DNA from: Opitutaceae bacterium
GTDB lineage: Bacteria; Verrucomicrobiota; Verrucomicrobiia; Opitutales; Opitutaceae
Length of the DNA: 64,000 bases
Direction of reading: 5' to 3'
Assembly (NCBI GenBank): GCA_035298965.1
Contig: DATGXO010000107.1
Span: 38,860 to 102,859 of the forward strand
Part shown: one piece after another, positions 8,403-17,582 of the stretch
How positions within the stretch are numbered: position 1 is the stretch's first letter
Layout of the letters: the number at the start of each line of letters is the position of its first letter
Position numbers and translations under genes: made by a program
Notes under the pieces: generated by a model
What the model was told of the DNA's origin: nothing
Seen by the model: the letters and a program-made list of their open reading frames with translations, nothing else
Database searches by the model: none

Positions 8403-9580
8403 GTGCCGGTGAGCTGGTGTTTGAGTCCGCGCGGGAGGCTGCGGCGGGCGGACTGGAGCATGCGGTCGGGCAGGGCGGCGGCGAGGCGCAGTGTCGCCGG
8501 GAAGCGGATGCCGCGCTCACGGGCGAGCTCGCGCACCTCGGTCCAGAGCGGGTCGGAGCTGCGGAGCATCTCGACGATGTAGCGCGAGCGCACGGCGGCG
8601 TAGGCCTTGAGGTCGAAGGCGTCGCGGAACGAGTCGAGCAGGCCGAGCACTTCGAAGCTGAGGAGCGTGCGCGCGCATTTCCAGCAGACGGAGCAGTTCC
8701 GCCGCTCGCTGCTGCGCACGCAGACGTGGAGATGGCGGCGGCTCGGAGCGAACCCGGCCACGCGCTCGATCTTCTGCACGCGGGAGTACTGGCAGCCGAC
8801 GGAGAGCACGCGGAGGCGTTCGGTGGAGAGTTGGGGCAGAAGGACCGGGTCCCAGGCGGCGAGATGGGAGCCGGGCGTACGCACGAAGCAGTCCTCGTAA
8901 CGGTAGCCGGAGGCGTAGAGGTAGGTGCCGATGAGTGACTGCACGACCAGCGCGGCGGCGGTGTTCCGGAACTGGTGCTCGATGTTGAACGTCTCGAGGC
9001 CGAGGAACTCGTCGAGATTCGAGTCCACCGCGATCACCGGCAGGCGGAGATCCTGCGCGCAGTCGATCACGCCTTCGTGGCGCCGGCGGAAGCCGGCCGC
9101 GCCGCGCGTGCCGAATGCGCCCACGTTGTTGAAAAGCAGATGCGTGAGCCGGTGGGCCGGCGGCACGGCGGGCCCGAGGTGGTCGCAGAGCACGCAGAAC
9201 GAATCGATGCCGCCGGAGAAGCCCACCGCGACGCCGCGGCTGTAGGGCGGCGGCGGGGCGTAGTCGACCGCCTGGGCGACGCGCACGCGGATCGGGCGGA
9301 AGCCCACGCCGGATTGCGCGACGATGGCCGGCACGGCGGTGTTGAGCGAAAACAACAGGCGGGCGGAGACGCGGCCGGCGGCGAACACGGAGTCGCCGTG
9401 GCGGAAGGCCAGCGACAGCGCGGCCATGACGAACGGATCGAGACACTCGGGGTCGAGATAGCGTGCCCATTCGGGCGCGACGGAGAACCAGACGGGGTGA
9501 GTCTGGCCCTGGCAGGTGATGTTGGTCGTGAGGGCGACGGAGTCGCCGCGATCAACGAGGGTAGGTTTGGCGATGTGCAT
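8399..9580 (-). CDS. PP-loop ATP pyrophosphatase superfamily protein (adenine nucleotide alpha-hydrolase-like) with C-terminal Cys cluster
   Basis: Start at ATG 9580 (MHIAKPTLV...). Canonical PP-loop VAVGFSGGIDSF. Cys cluster C-x14-CSVCWKC near the C-terminus, similar to QueC-type zinc sites. The track ORF to 10132 is over-extended. Confidence 0.5.
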   Translation of the reverse strand: MHIAKPTLVDRGDSVALTTNITCQGQTHPVWFSVAPEWARYLDPECLDPFVMAALSLAFRHGDSVFAAGRVSARLLFSLNTAVPAIVAQSGVGFRPIRVRVAQAVDYAPPPPYSRGVAVGFSGGIDSFCVLCDHLGPAVPPAHRLTHLLFNNVGAFGTRGAAGFRRRHEGVIDCAQDLRLPVIAVDSNLDEFLGLETFNIEHQFRNTAAALVVQSLIGTYLYASGYRYEDCFVRTPGSHLAAWDPVLLPQLSTERLRVLSVGCQYSRVQKIERVAGFAPSRRHLHVCVRSSERRNCSVCWKCARTLLSFEVLGLLDSFRDAFDLKAYAAVRSRYIVEMLRSSDPLWTEVRELARERGIRFPATLRLAAALPDRMLQSARRSLPRGLKHQLTGT

Positions 9581-9636
9581 GGCCGTGCGGGGTTGGCACG
9601 CGCGCAGTGGGACGAACGTGGGCGGGAGCCGGGGGT

Positions 9637-10518
9637 TTAGGGGTGAGAAAGGGCAGCGGCGCGGAGCGACTCGAGGCCGCGCACGAGGCGATCGGTGCGT
9701 TCGCGGGCGACGGAATCCGCGCTGAGAAACGGCGTGAGTTCGCGCCGGGCGAGTTGGCGGCGCAGGCGGGAGAGGTTGCGCTGGAGCGGGACGAGCTGGA
9801 GGGCGAGGGCGCCGGCGTTGACGACGCGGCGCGCGAACGCCACCGGGGCGGAGTCGCCCGCGCGGTGCGGCGCGACGCGGCGGAGAGATGCGATGCGCTG
9901 CGGCCGGTACTCGAGCTCGACCGAGAGCAGCCAGTCGCGCCATTTGAAATCGAGGATGTGGCCGCCGGTCACCACGGGGATCCAGGGCACACGGCAGGCG
10001 TCGGCCACGATTGCGCCGTGCATCGCCTCGGCGATGAGGCATTCGCAACCGCGGATCGCGGCGAGGCAGTCGTCGACTGGCAGGAGGGGATCGATGTAGC
10101 GCAGGCCGGCACGTTCGCAGAGGCGGCGCCAAGGCGTGTGCGGCATCGCGCGGAAATGCGGCATGAAGCCGATCGCCGGTCCCGGGCTAGGATCCGGCAG
10201 TCGCACGGTGCGCAGGAGATAGGCGGCATCGGTCGCGGCACGTTCGGCGGGAAGACCGAGGGCCTGCGCGGTGAGCGGGCCGCGGACGGCGTGGATGTGC
10301 CAGCGGGAGTCGAGCCGGGGCGCGTCGTGGTAGCCGGCGCCGGAACCGAGCACGTGATAGGTTTCCGCCGCCGGAATGCGGTTGGTGAGGATCGTGCCGA
10401 TGCCGAGCAGGAGCGTGGACGAATCGTCGTCGAGCACGTCGCCGAGCAGCTGCGGCCAGAGCCAGGGGTTGAGTGCGTCGCCGAAGTTCGGGGCGTCGGT
10501 GAAATAGTGGAGCTTCAT
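9637..10518 (-). CDS. Polysaccharide pyruvyl transferase (ExoV/CsaB-like)
   Basis: MKLHYFTDAPNFGDALNPWLWPQLLG... N-terminus and overall layout typical of the PS_pyruv_trans family. ATGA overlap with the upstream gene. Confidence 0.7.
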   Translation of the reverse strand: MKLHYFTDAPNFGDALNPWLWPQLLGDVLDDDSSTLLLGIGTILTNRIPAAETYHVLGSGAGYHDAPRLDSRWHIHAVRGPLTAQALGLPAERAATDAAYLLRTVRLPDPSPGPAIGFMPHFRAMPHTPWRRLCERAGLRYIDPLLPVDDCLAAIRGCECLIAEAMHGAIVADACRVPWIPVVTGGHILDFKWRDWLLSVELEYRPQRIASLRRVAPHRAGDSAPVAFARRVVNAGALALQLVPLQRNLSRLRRQLARRELTPFLSADSVARERTDRLVRGLESLRAAALSHP

Positions 10519-11348
10519 GCGGCGAGCAGATGGCGGACCTCGGCGTCGAGTTCGGCGGAGGGGACGGTAAGGCGTTCGCGGGCGAGGGCGAAGTTGGCGG
10601 TGGCGGTCGCCTCATCCCAGATAAGCGAGCGGGCGTCGTCGGCAAACGTGCGGAACTGGAAGCCGGCGTAGGCGCCGCAGGGTTCCTCGACGATCGGAAT
10701 CGCGCCGCAGAGCACGGCTTCAAAAAAACGGTACGACCAGACGAAGTCGCCGCTGGGGCAGAGCACGAACTCCGAGCGGGCGAGAAGTTGGAAGTAGTCC
10801 TCGTCCCAGGCCTTCCAGGGGAAAACGCGCCCGCGCTCGGAGGACCAGAGCAGGAGGTCGCCGAAGCGGCACGAGGAGCCGGCGGGTGGCACGCCGAGCC
10901 GGACGCGGAGCTTCTCCCACGCCTGCCGGGTGCGGCCGGGAACGGGAAACGGCGTGTGCGCGTGCGCGGGGAAGTTGCGCGCGATCCAGTCGCGCAGGAG
11001 GCGCCCACGCCGGTCGGTGACGAGGCCCGCGAACGCGAAACGCGTCTCGCGCGGCGAGCGCCAGAGGTTGCGGCAGTGGTCGACGATGGCGTGTGGAAAG
11101 ATGAGCGGGCGCACGATGCGGCCGATGCGGGTCTCGGGCAGCGGGTGCGTGAGGCCGAGGCCGTGGAGCGGCCGGGTGCCCTGGTCGACCGGCGCGAACC
11201 GCGCGCCGAACTTCCGGCTGAGGAGGCGGAGGCGCGCGCGTTGATTGGCCGGCAACGCGACGGGAATGGAACCTTCGGCAAGAGCGTGCACGAGGCGCAG
11301 GCCTTGGATGTAGTGAACCGGTACGGCCGGCTCGATCGTGGGTGTCAT
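10515..11348 (-). CDS. Exostosin-like (GT47-like) glycosyltransferase
   Basis: FVLCPSGDFVWSYRFFEAVLCGAIPIV matches the exostosin C-terminal signature. ATG 11348 is preferred over the TTG 11390 used by the track. Confidence 0.55.
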   Translation of the reverse strand: MTPTIEPAVPVHYIQGLRLVHALAEGSIPVALPANQRARLRLLSRKFGARFAPVDQGTRPLHGLGLTHPLPETRIGRIVRPLIFPHAIVDHCRNLWRSPRETRFAFAGLVTDRRGRLLRDWIARNFPAHAHTPFPVPGRTRQAWEKLRVRLGVPPAGSSCRFGDLLLWSSERGRVFPWKAWDEDYFQLLARSEFVLCPSGDFVWSYRFFEAVLCGAIPIVEEPCGAYAGFQFRTFADDARSLIWDEATATANFALARERLTVPSAELDAEVRHLLAA

Positions 11349-11430
11349 CGGCGGATGGTTGGCGCGGTCGCGGACGACCGGCGTGGGCAACCGGGTGGAT
11401 TGAAACGACGGAAAGGCGGGCGCGGACGGC

Positions 11431-12324
11431 TCAGCGCCGGCGGCGAAGAAGCTGCGCGGCGAGGCACCACGCGAGCAGGTGTGGACGCCAAGGTGTGGCG
11501 CGCCACGCTTGCCAACCGAGGGCGATCGCCTCGGCGGAATCGGACTCGCGGAGCAACCGGGCGAGTGTCCAACGCGAGTCGGCGAGGAGGCGGTCGCGCA
11601 GGCGCGCCGGGATGTCCTCGGCGCGGGAGTGTTTCTCGTAGAAACGGACGGTGTCCTCGGCGACGCGGAGCGTGCGCGTCATGCTGCTGCCGTCGTGCTT
11701 GTTGTAGCGGCAGGTTACGGACTGCGTGCAACCGAGCGTGCCGCCGCCGGCGAGGGCGCGGAACCAGTAGTCGCGGTCCTCACCGATGCGCAGCGCCTCG
11801 TCGAAGAGCCCGACGCGGCGCACGGTTGCGCGCGGGAGCGCGACGCAGGACGAAGTCTGGATGAACGAGCGGAGGAAGAGCCCGCGGCGCGGCGCGGCGA
11901 CGAGGTCGGCGTGCGGAATGTGCTCGCCGACGCTGCGGCCGAGGAGCGCGTCCCAGATCTCGATGCCGGTGAACGCGAGCGCGTGGCCGCCGCGGGCGAG
12001 GCAATTGACGAGCGTGGCGAGGTGACCGGGTTGCCAGCGGTCGTCGGCGTCGAGGAAGGCGATGTAGTCGCCCTGCGCGAGCTGGAGGAGGCGGTTGCGG
12101 GCGGCGGCGACGCCGCGATTCGTGCCGAGGTTGGTGTACCGGATCGGCTGCGACATCTCGGCGGCGAAGTCGCGGACGAGGAGATCGGTGCCGTCGTTCG
12201 AGCCGTCCTCGACGACGATCAGCTCCCAGGTGCGGTGCGTCTGTGCGCGCAGGGACTGGAGCGCATCCGGCAGGAAGCGCGCGGCGTTGAAGGCGGGGAT
12301 GAGAACGCTGACGGTCGCGGCCAT
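11431..12324 (-). CDS. GT2 family glycosyltransferase
   Basis: ATG 12324: MAATVSVLIPAFNAARFLPDALQSLRAQTHRTWELIVVEDGSNDGT...FLDADD...GEDRDYW. Confidence 0.8.
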   Translation of the reverse strand: MAATVSVLIPAFNAARFLPDALQSLRAQTHRTWELIVVEDGSNDGTDLLVRDFAAEMSQPIRYTNLGTNRGVAAARNRLLQLAQGDYIAFLDADDRWQPGHLATLVNCLARGGHALAFTGIEIWDALLGRSVGEHIPHADLVAAPRRGLFLRSFIQTSSCVALPRATVRRVGLFDEALRIGEDRDYWFRALAGGGTLGCTQSVTCRYNKHDGSSMTRTLRVAEDTVRFYEKHSRAEDIPARLRDRLLADSRWTLARLLRESDSAEAIALGWQAWRATPWRPHLLAWCLAAQLLRRRR

Positions 12325-12326
12325 GT

Positions 12327-13460
12327 TCAGCTGCGGGAAGTCGTAGCGCCGATACCGGCGAAGTCGAGCCAGCCGAGGCTGCGGGCGAGCCCGTCGCGGA
12401 ATGCGACGGGAGGCCGGTAACCGAGGATGCGCTCGGCCTTCGCGTGCGGCAGTTTCCAGCGGCACTGCTGGAGCAACGCGAGTTCGGCGGTGAGGCGCGG
12501 GGCGGAGCGCGGGTTGCGCAGCGTCCACGAATCGCGGCGCGGCGCGGGCGAGGGCCAGGCGGCGGCGAGCGCCTTCACGAGACGTTTGGCACGGGCGGGC
12601 ACGAGCGAACCGAGGCGCGCGTAGGCGGGCGAGGTCGTGAGCGCGGCGAGGCGGTTTTCCCGCTCGGGGATGATGCGCGGCGGCGGCACGGGGTGGAACG
12701 CCGCGCGGTCGTGGCCGAGGTGCGCGGCGATCGGCAGGAGGAACTCGGCCCAGGTGACGGTCTCGGTGTCGCCGACGAGGAACGTTTCGCCGGCGGCGGC
12801 GGGCACGGTGGCGGCGAGGCGGATCGCTTCGACCAGGTTGTCGATGTAGATGGAGTTGCAGACGCCGCGGCCGTCGTCGATCCAGGCGGCGCGGTCGGCG
12901 GCGAGATCGGCGGCGACATCGGCGAGCCAACGCGAACGCGGGCCGAATACGACCCCCGGGCGCAGCATGACGACCTCGACGCGGCGGTCGCGCGCGAGCT
13001 CGGTGAGGCGGCGCTCGGCGCGGACTTTGGCGTTGTTGTAGACGAGCGGATGGCGCTCGTGGAGCGGCGCGGATTCGTCCGAACCGACGGGGCAGTCCTG
13101 GCCGTGGACGGAGGCGCTGCTCAACCAGACGAGGCGGCGCACGCCGGCGACGGCGCAGGCCTCGTAGGTCGCGGCGGCCATGCGCACGATCTGGCCGGCG
13201 TCGCCGATGGCGGCGTGGATACAGATCGAGCAACCATGAAGGGCGGCGGCGAGCGGCGCGGGCGCGAGCAGGTCGGCGATGCGCCAGTCGAGACGCTGGC
13301 GCGCGAGCACCGCGAGGCTCGATGCGGCGCGCACGACGGGGCGCACAGTGCAGTCGCCGCGCGCGGTGAGCAGCTCGACGGTGCGCAGGCCGACGAAGCC
13401 GCTGGCGCCGATCACGGCGAAAACGGGAAGTGCGGAGGAAGCGGCGGGAACGTTCGACAT
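12327..13460 (-). CDS. NAD-dependent epimerase/dehydratase (extended SDR)
   Basis: VIGASGFVGLRTVELL (GxxGxxG) and YNNAK (YxxxK). ATG 13460 is preferred over TTG 13469. Confidence 0.75.
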   Translation of the reverse strand: MSNVPAASSALPVFAVIGASGFVGLRTVELLTARGDCTVRPVVRAASSLAVLARQRLDWRIADLLAPAPLAAALHGCSICIHAAIGDAGQIVRMAAATYEACAVAGVRRLVWLSSASVHGQDCPVGSDESAPLHERHPLVYNNAKVRAERRLTELARDRRVEVVMLRPGVVFGPRSRWLADVAADLAADRAAWIDDGRGVCNSIYIDNLVEAIRLAATVPAAAGETFLVGDTETVTWAEFLLPIAAHLGHDRAAFHPVPPPRIIPERENRLAALTTSPAYARLGSLVPARAKRLVKALAAAWPSPAPRRDSWTLRNPRSAPRLTAELALLQQCRWKLPHAKAERILGYRPPVAFRDGLARSLGWLDFAGIGATTSRS

Positions 13461-13470
13461 GGTTGCCAAC

Positions 13471-14604
13471 TCAGGTGGTGGCCGGAAGCAGGCGAGGAAG
13501 GGCGGTGCGCTCGACGTGTTTGCCGACGTTGATCGAGGGCAGTTCGAGCGCGCGGTAGAGCAGCCACGCGACGGCCTGCATGACGGCGAACGTGAGCGCG
13601 AAGCCGATGGTCCAGAGCGCCCACGACGGGATCGTGGCGATGGACGGACGGAGCAGGCCGCGCAGGAGCCAAAGCATCGGGTTGTGGAAGAGGTAGAGCG
13701 AGAAGCTGCTCAGGCCGACGGCGGCGACGGCGCGTTCGAGGGCGTTGAGCGGACGGACGTCGGCGCAGGCGGCCTGGAGTGCGGCGGCGAAGGCCAGCGG
13801 CGCGGCGAGCCAGCCGAGCGGCGACCATGCCCCACCGCGCAGGAGCGCGAAGGCGGCGACCGGGAGCAGCGCGGCGGTGAGCAGGCGTGCCCGCGGGATG
13901 GCGACACGGCCGTGCGCGAGCAACTCGGCGATCCAGAAGCCGAGGCACCACTCGAACCACCAGCGGAACGGCAGGTGGAGGATGGCCCAGTTCGCGGTGA
14001 GGTGCGGCAGGCCGTAGTGCCAGAACGCGGCGGTGGCGGCGGTGATCGCGATTGTGGCGCCGGCGCCGTAGCGGCGGTTCAGCCAGAGCACGAGCGGGTA
14101 CACGAGGTAGAGCTGCCACTCGACGGCGATCGACCAGAACGCCGGGTTGATGTTGAAGTAGAACGGCTCGGAAAGCGTGTGGAGCAGCGAGGCGCCGAAG
14201 GCCAGGTGGCGCAGCGCGCGCAGGTCGAAGTCGGGCCAGTAGGTGATCGCGAAGGCGAGCAACAGCGCGACGGCGTAGGGCGGGTAGATGCGCCAGAAAC
14301 GCCGGTTGATGTAGTTCAGCAGAAAGCCGTTCACCGTCGGCGCGGCGGTGCGGCGGCGCCAGCCGAGGTACGAGTTGTGGATGCAGAAACCGGAGATGAC
14401 GAAGAACAACTTCACGCCGAGGTAGCCGAGTTCGTGCGGAAGGAAGAACCAGTGGTTGGCGGCGCCGAGCGCGGGCGTGAGTTCGGCCGGCACGCCCATC
14501 GGCGTGAATGTCAGCAGAAAGTGGTGCATGACTACCACCGCGATCGCGAGGCCGCGGAGCAGATCGAGGCGCGGGAAGCGCTCGGGTTTGTCAGGCTTGG
14601 TCAT
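13471..14604 (-). CDS. Membrane acyltransferase family 3 (O-acetyltransferase, OafA-like)
   Basis: RFPRLDLLRGLAIAVVVMHH start motif, and roughly 10 hydrophobic segments through 377 aa. Confidence 0.75.
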   Translation of the reverse strand: MTKPDKPERFPRLDLLRGLAIAVVVMHHFLLTFTPMGVPAELTPALGAANHWFFLPHELGYLGVKLFFVISGFCIHNSYLGWRRRTAAPTVNGFLLNYINRRFWRIYPPYAVALLLAFAITYWPDFDLRALRHLAFGASLLHTLSEPFYFNINPAFWSIAVEWQLYLVYPLVLWLNRRYGAGATIAITAATAAFWHYGLPHLTANWAILHLPFRWWFEWCLGFWIAELLAHGRVAIPRARLLTAALLPVAAFALLRGGAWSPLGWLAAPLAFAAALQAACADVRPLNALERAVAAVGLSSFSLYLFHNPMLWLLRGLLRPSIATIPSWALWTIGFALTFAVMQAVAWLLYRALELPSINVGKHVERTALPRLLPATT

Positions 14605-15703
14605 CGGCGGGCGTTTGCCACGGTTCGGCGAGCGGTTGGCGGCGGGCGTAGCAGGCCTCTATCCAGCGCACGGCGGCGGCGGCGCTGGTGCCCGTGACGA
14701 ACGGCGGGCGGCGCTCGCGCACGGCGGCGCAGACATCGACGAGCTGGGCGATGAAGGCCTGGGCGTTGGTCTCGAGCGCCGCGGTGGGCGCGGCGGCGCG
14801 CGGCGGCAGCGGATCGCGGAGCTCGGCGGCGAAAGTCATCGGCAGGCCGTCGAGCGTGAGCTCGAGGTGGTTGGAGGCGTTCACGCGGCAGTGCACGGTG
14901 GCGCGCTCGAAGCGGAAGACGTAGGTGTTCGCCGTTTTCCAGTCGCGGCTCAGGCGGACCTCGGCGCGCACGCCGGAGGCGTAGCGGGCGGTGAGCAGGC
15001 AGTTCGCTTCGAGGCCATCGCGGGCGTCGTCGGCGTAGGCGAACTCGGCGGGTTCGCCGAGCCACCAGAGCAGGAGATCCAGGACGTGGACACCGATGTC
15101 GAGCAGCACGCCGCCGGGAGTCTGTTCGCGGCGGAAGAAGGAGTCGGTGGCGGCGGGCCAGGAGAACTTGCCGCCCTCGGCGATGGCGACGGAGCGCAAT
15201 GGGCCGAAGGTGCCGTGCTCGATCAGGTGGCGCAGCGCGCGGTGCGCCGGCATGAAGCGCTTGTAGTGGCCGGCGGCGAGCAGGCGGCCCGTGCGCACGG
15301 CGGCGGCGGCGATGGCGCCGGCCTCGGCGGCGGTGGGCGCGAGCGGTTTCTCGCAGAGGACATCGAAGCCCGCGGCGAAACACGCCTCGGCCTGCTCGCG
15401 GTGGAAACGCGGCGGGGTGGCGAGCACGGCGAGTTCGCCGCCGGCGGCGAGCGCGGAAGGAAGATCGGCGAAGGCGCGGGCGCCGAGGGCGGCGGCGAGT
15501 TCGTCGCGCGCGGCGGCGACGGGATCGACGACGGCGACGGTGCGCGCGAGGCCGTGGCGCGCGATCTCGCGCAGCGCCGGCAGGTAGAAGAGGCGCGAAA
15601 CGGCGCCGCAGCCGACGAGGACGAGCGACACGGGGCCGGTCTGCGCGGCGGGGGCCGCGGCGGCCGGGAGCGGTTGCGAGGCGGTTGGTGCGGAGTCGAT
15701 CAC
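14591..15703 (-). CDS. Gfo/Idh/MocA family sugar oxidoreductase
   Basis: VSLVLVGCGAVSRLFYLPAL Rossmann start, EKPLA motif, GGVLLDIGVHVLD. GTG 15703 forms a GTGA overlap with the upstream stop (start approximate). Confidence 0.75.
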   Translation of the reverse strand: MIDSAPTASQPLPAAAAPAAQTGPVSLVLVGCGAVSRLFYLPALREIARHGLARTVAVVDPVAAARDELAAALGARAFADLPSALAAGGELAVLATPPRFHREQAEACFAAGFDVLCEKPLAPTAAEAGAIAAAAVRTGRLLAAGHYKRFMPAHRALRHLIEHGTFGPLRSVAIAEGGKFSWPAATDSFFRREQTPGGVLLDIGVHVLDLLLWWLGEPAEFAYADDARDGLEANCLLTARYASGVRAEVRLSRDWKTANTYVFRFERATVHCRVNASNHLELTLDGLPMTFAAELRDPLPPRAAAPTAALETNAQAFIAQLVDVCAAVRERRPPFVTGTSAAAAVRWIEACYARRQPLAEPWQTPADDQA

Positions 15704-16647
15704 GAGGAGACGGAGGTGGCCCGCGGTGTGGCGGGCGTGGCGGCGGCGGTGCCGGCGCGCAGGCGGGCGAGCAGCCGGTAGGCCAGCGCGCGGGGCGAGA
15801 AACGGGAGACGCGGGTGAGCCGGTCGAGTGCGGCGAGGGCGCGCTGCGGTTGGCGGCGCCAGGTCATGCGGGCGACGTTGAGGAGCATCTCGCGCAGCAG
15901 ACGCAGGCAGATGCGGCGGTCGACGAGCGGGTTGCCGAGGTGTTTCTCGAAGACGGCGGAGAATTCCTCGGGGAAACGCACGGGGTCGGCGGTGGTGCTG
16001 ACCGGGTGTTTGCGGTAGTTCAGCGTGGTGCGCTGCGAGAACGACGGGCGGAAACCGGCGCGCGCGAACTCGATGCAGAGGTCGAGGTCCTCGCCGATGC
16101 GCAGCGCGGGATCGAAACGGATGCCGCTGGCGAACACCGCGGCACGCGCGACGATGCCGGAGGTGAGGATGAAGTTGTGCTCGAGCAGGCGCGTGGGGAG
16201 TGCGGCGAGCTCGGTGGGCGGCGGGAGGAGATCGCGGCGGGTGACGCGGCCGGCGGGATCGATGAGGTTCAGGCCGGCGATGGACCACGCCGTATCCTCG
16301 GAACGGAGCAACGAGAGCGAGTGCGCGAGGTGGTCGGGCTCCCAGAGATCGTCGGCATCGAGAAAGGCGATGAACGCGCCGCGGGCGGCATCGATGAGGG
16401 CGTTGCGGGCGCGGGAGACGCCGCGGTTGGTCTCGGCGCGCAGGAGCTGGACGCGGTTCTGCGTCCGCGCGGCGAAAGCGCGCACGATCACGGCGGTGTC
16501 ATCGAACTTGCCGTCTTCGTAGACGAGGATCTCCCAGTGGGGCCACGTCTGCGCGGCGACGGATTCGAGCGTGGCGCCGAGGTAGGCGCCGGCGCGATGG
16601 GCCGGGATGAGGACCGAGACGAGCTCGGCGGTGGCGGGGGCGACCAT
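15700..16647 (-). CDS. GT2 family glycosyltransferase
   Basis: VSVLIPAHRAGAYLGATLESVAAQTWPHWEILVYEDG...FLDADD...GEDLDL. Confidence 0.8.
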   Translation of the reverse strand: MVAPATAELVSVLIPAHRAGAYLGATLESVAAQTWPHWEILVYEDGKFDDTAVIVRAFAARTQNRVQLLRAETNRGVSRARNALIDAARGAFIAFLDADDLWEPDHLAHSLSLLRSEDTAWSIAGLNLIDPAGRVTRRDLLPPPTELAALPTRLLEHNFILTSGIVARAAVFASGIRFDPALRIGEDLDLCIEFARAGFRPSFSQRTTLNYRKHPVSTTADPVRFPEEFSAVFEKHLGNPLVDRRICLRLLREMLLNVARMTWRRQPQRALAALDRLTRVSRFSPRALAYRLLARLRAGTAAATPATPRATSVSS

Positions 16648-16650
16648 CGA

Positions 16651-17574
16651 TCAGGCGGCGGAGCGGAGGCGGAGAAACGCGCGGCGGCGGCCGCGGAGCT
16701 CGGCGGCGTAGAAGCGGCCCTGCTGGTCGGGCAGACGCGCCGCGCGGAAGCGGGCGACGAGGTATCGCCACAGGCTGCTGGCCTCGGCGGGCGCGGTGCC
16801 GCCGCGGAGTGCTTCAACGACGACGGTGGCGAACGAAATGCTTTCGACGAGTCTCAGCAGCGATGGCTCCTCGAGGCGCGAGGCGGGCATGATGTGCGTG
16901 AGCACGAGATCACGGAAGCGCGCGGCGCCGAGGCCGAGGTCGAAGGTGCAGAGCGCGATGTCGGTGTCCTGACCGGAAATACGCTCCGAGCCGCGCAGGC
17001 CGAGAATGAGGTGGCGGGTGTCGGTCTCGACGCAGGCGAGGTAACGTTCCCAGACGCCGCGGCGGATGAACTCGCCGGCGGTGGGCGGGATCGCCTCGTA
17101 GTCGCGCGGGCTCGCGGCCTGGAGATCGCGCTCGAGCGGGCGGATCGCGAGATAGCTCCACCAGCGGCGGGTCCACTCGGCGGGCGGGCGCTCGAACTCG
17201 GGGACGAGTTGGCCGCCCCAGACGCCGAGATCGGGGCGGTTCGTGGCGTAGTCGAGGCCGCGCGTGATGTAGTCGGGCGCGAGAAGGTTGTCGTCGTCGA
17301 CGAAGAGGATGAGGTCGCTGCGCGCTTCGCGCATGGCGCGCATGCGGGCGGCGGCGATGCCGAGCGTGTCCTCGCGCACGTGGCGGCCGTGCGGGTGCCA
17401 GGAGAGGTCGTACGCGGCGGAGAGCGGCGCGGTGGAGGCGTTGTCGAGGAGGACGAGTTCCCAGCGGGCGAAGTCGGCCTGTTGGCGGCGCAGGGCCTCG
17501 AGCGTGCGCTCGAGGAAGACGCGGCGCGGATTGTGGGTGCAGACGACGACGGAGAGTTCGTGGGTGGTCGGCAT
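16651..17574 (-). CDS. GT2 family glycosyltransferase
   Basis: ATG 17574: MPTTHELSVVVCTHNPRRVFLERTLEALRRQ...LLDNAST...FVDDDN. Confidence 0.75.
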   Translation of the reverse strand: MPTTHELSVVVCTHNPRRVFLERTLEALRRQQADFARWELVLLDNASTAPLSAAYDLSWHPHGRHVREDTLGIAAARMRAMREARSDLILFVDDDNLLAPDYITRGLDYATNRPDLGVWGGQLVPEFERPPAEWTRRWWSYLAIRPLERDLQAASPRDYEAIPPTAGEFIRRGVWERYLACVETDTRHLILGLRGSERISGQDTDIALCTFDLGLGAARFRDLVLTHIMPASRLEEPSLLRLVESISFATVVVEALRGGTAPAEASSLWRYLVARFRAARLPDQQGRFYAAELRGRRRAFLRLRSAA

Positions 17575-17582
17575 CGGAAAGG

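Noticed and set aside
6493-8520. Over-long minus-strand ORFs that fuse a real gene to an upstream out-of-frame neighbour or leader (6493-8520, 8399-10132, 11431-13233, 14591-16288, 16651-18243, 19576-21108, 22163-23308, 25937-28273, 37004-40498, 47864-50911 and others).
   Set aside because: The N-terminal parts are Arg/Pro-rich nonsense that overlaps the true upstream gene in another frame. Each contains an internal start followed immediately by a canonical family N-terminus or signal peptide, and I used that start instead.
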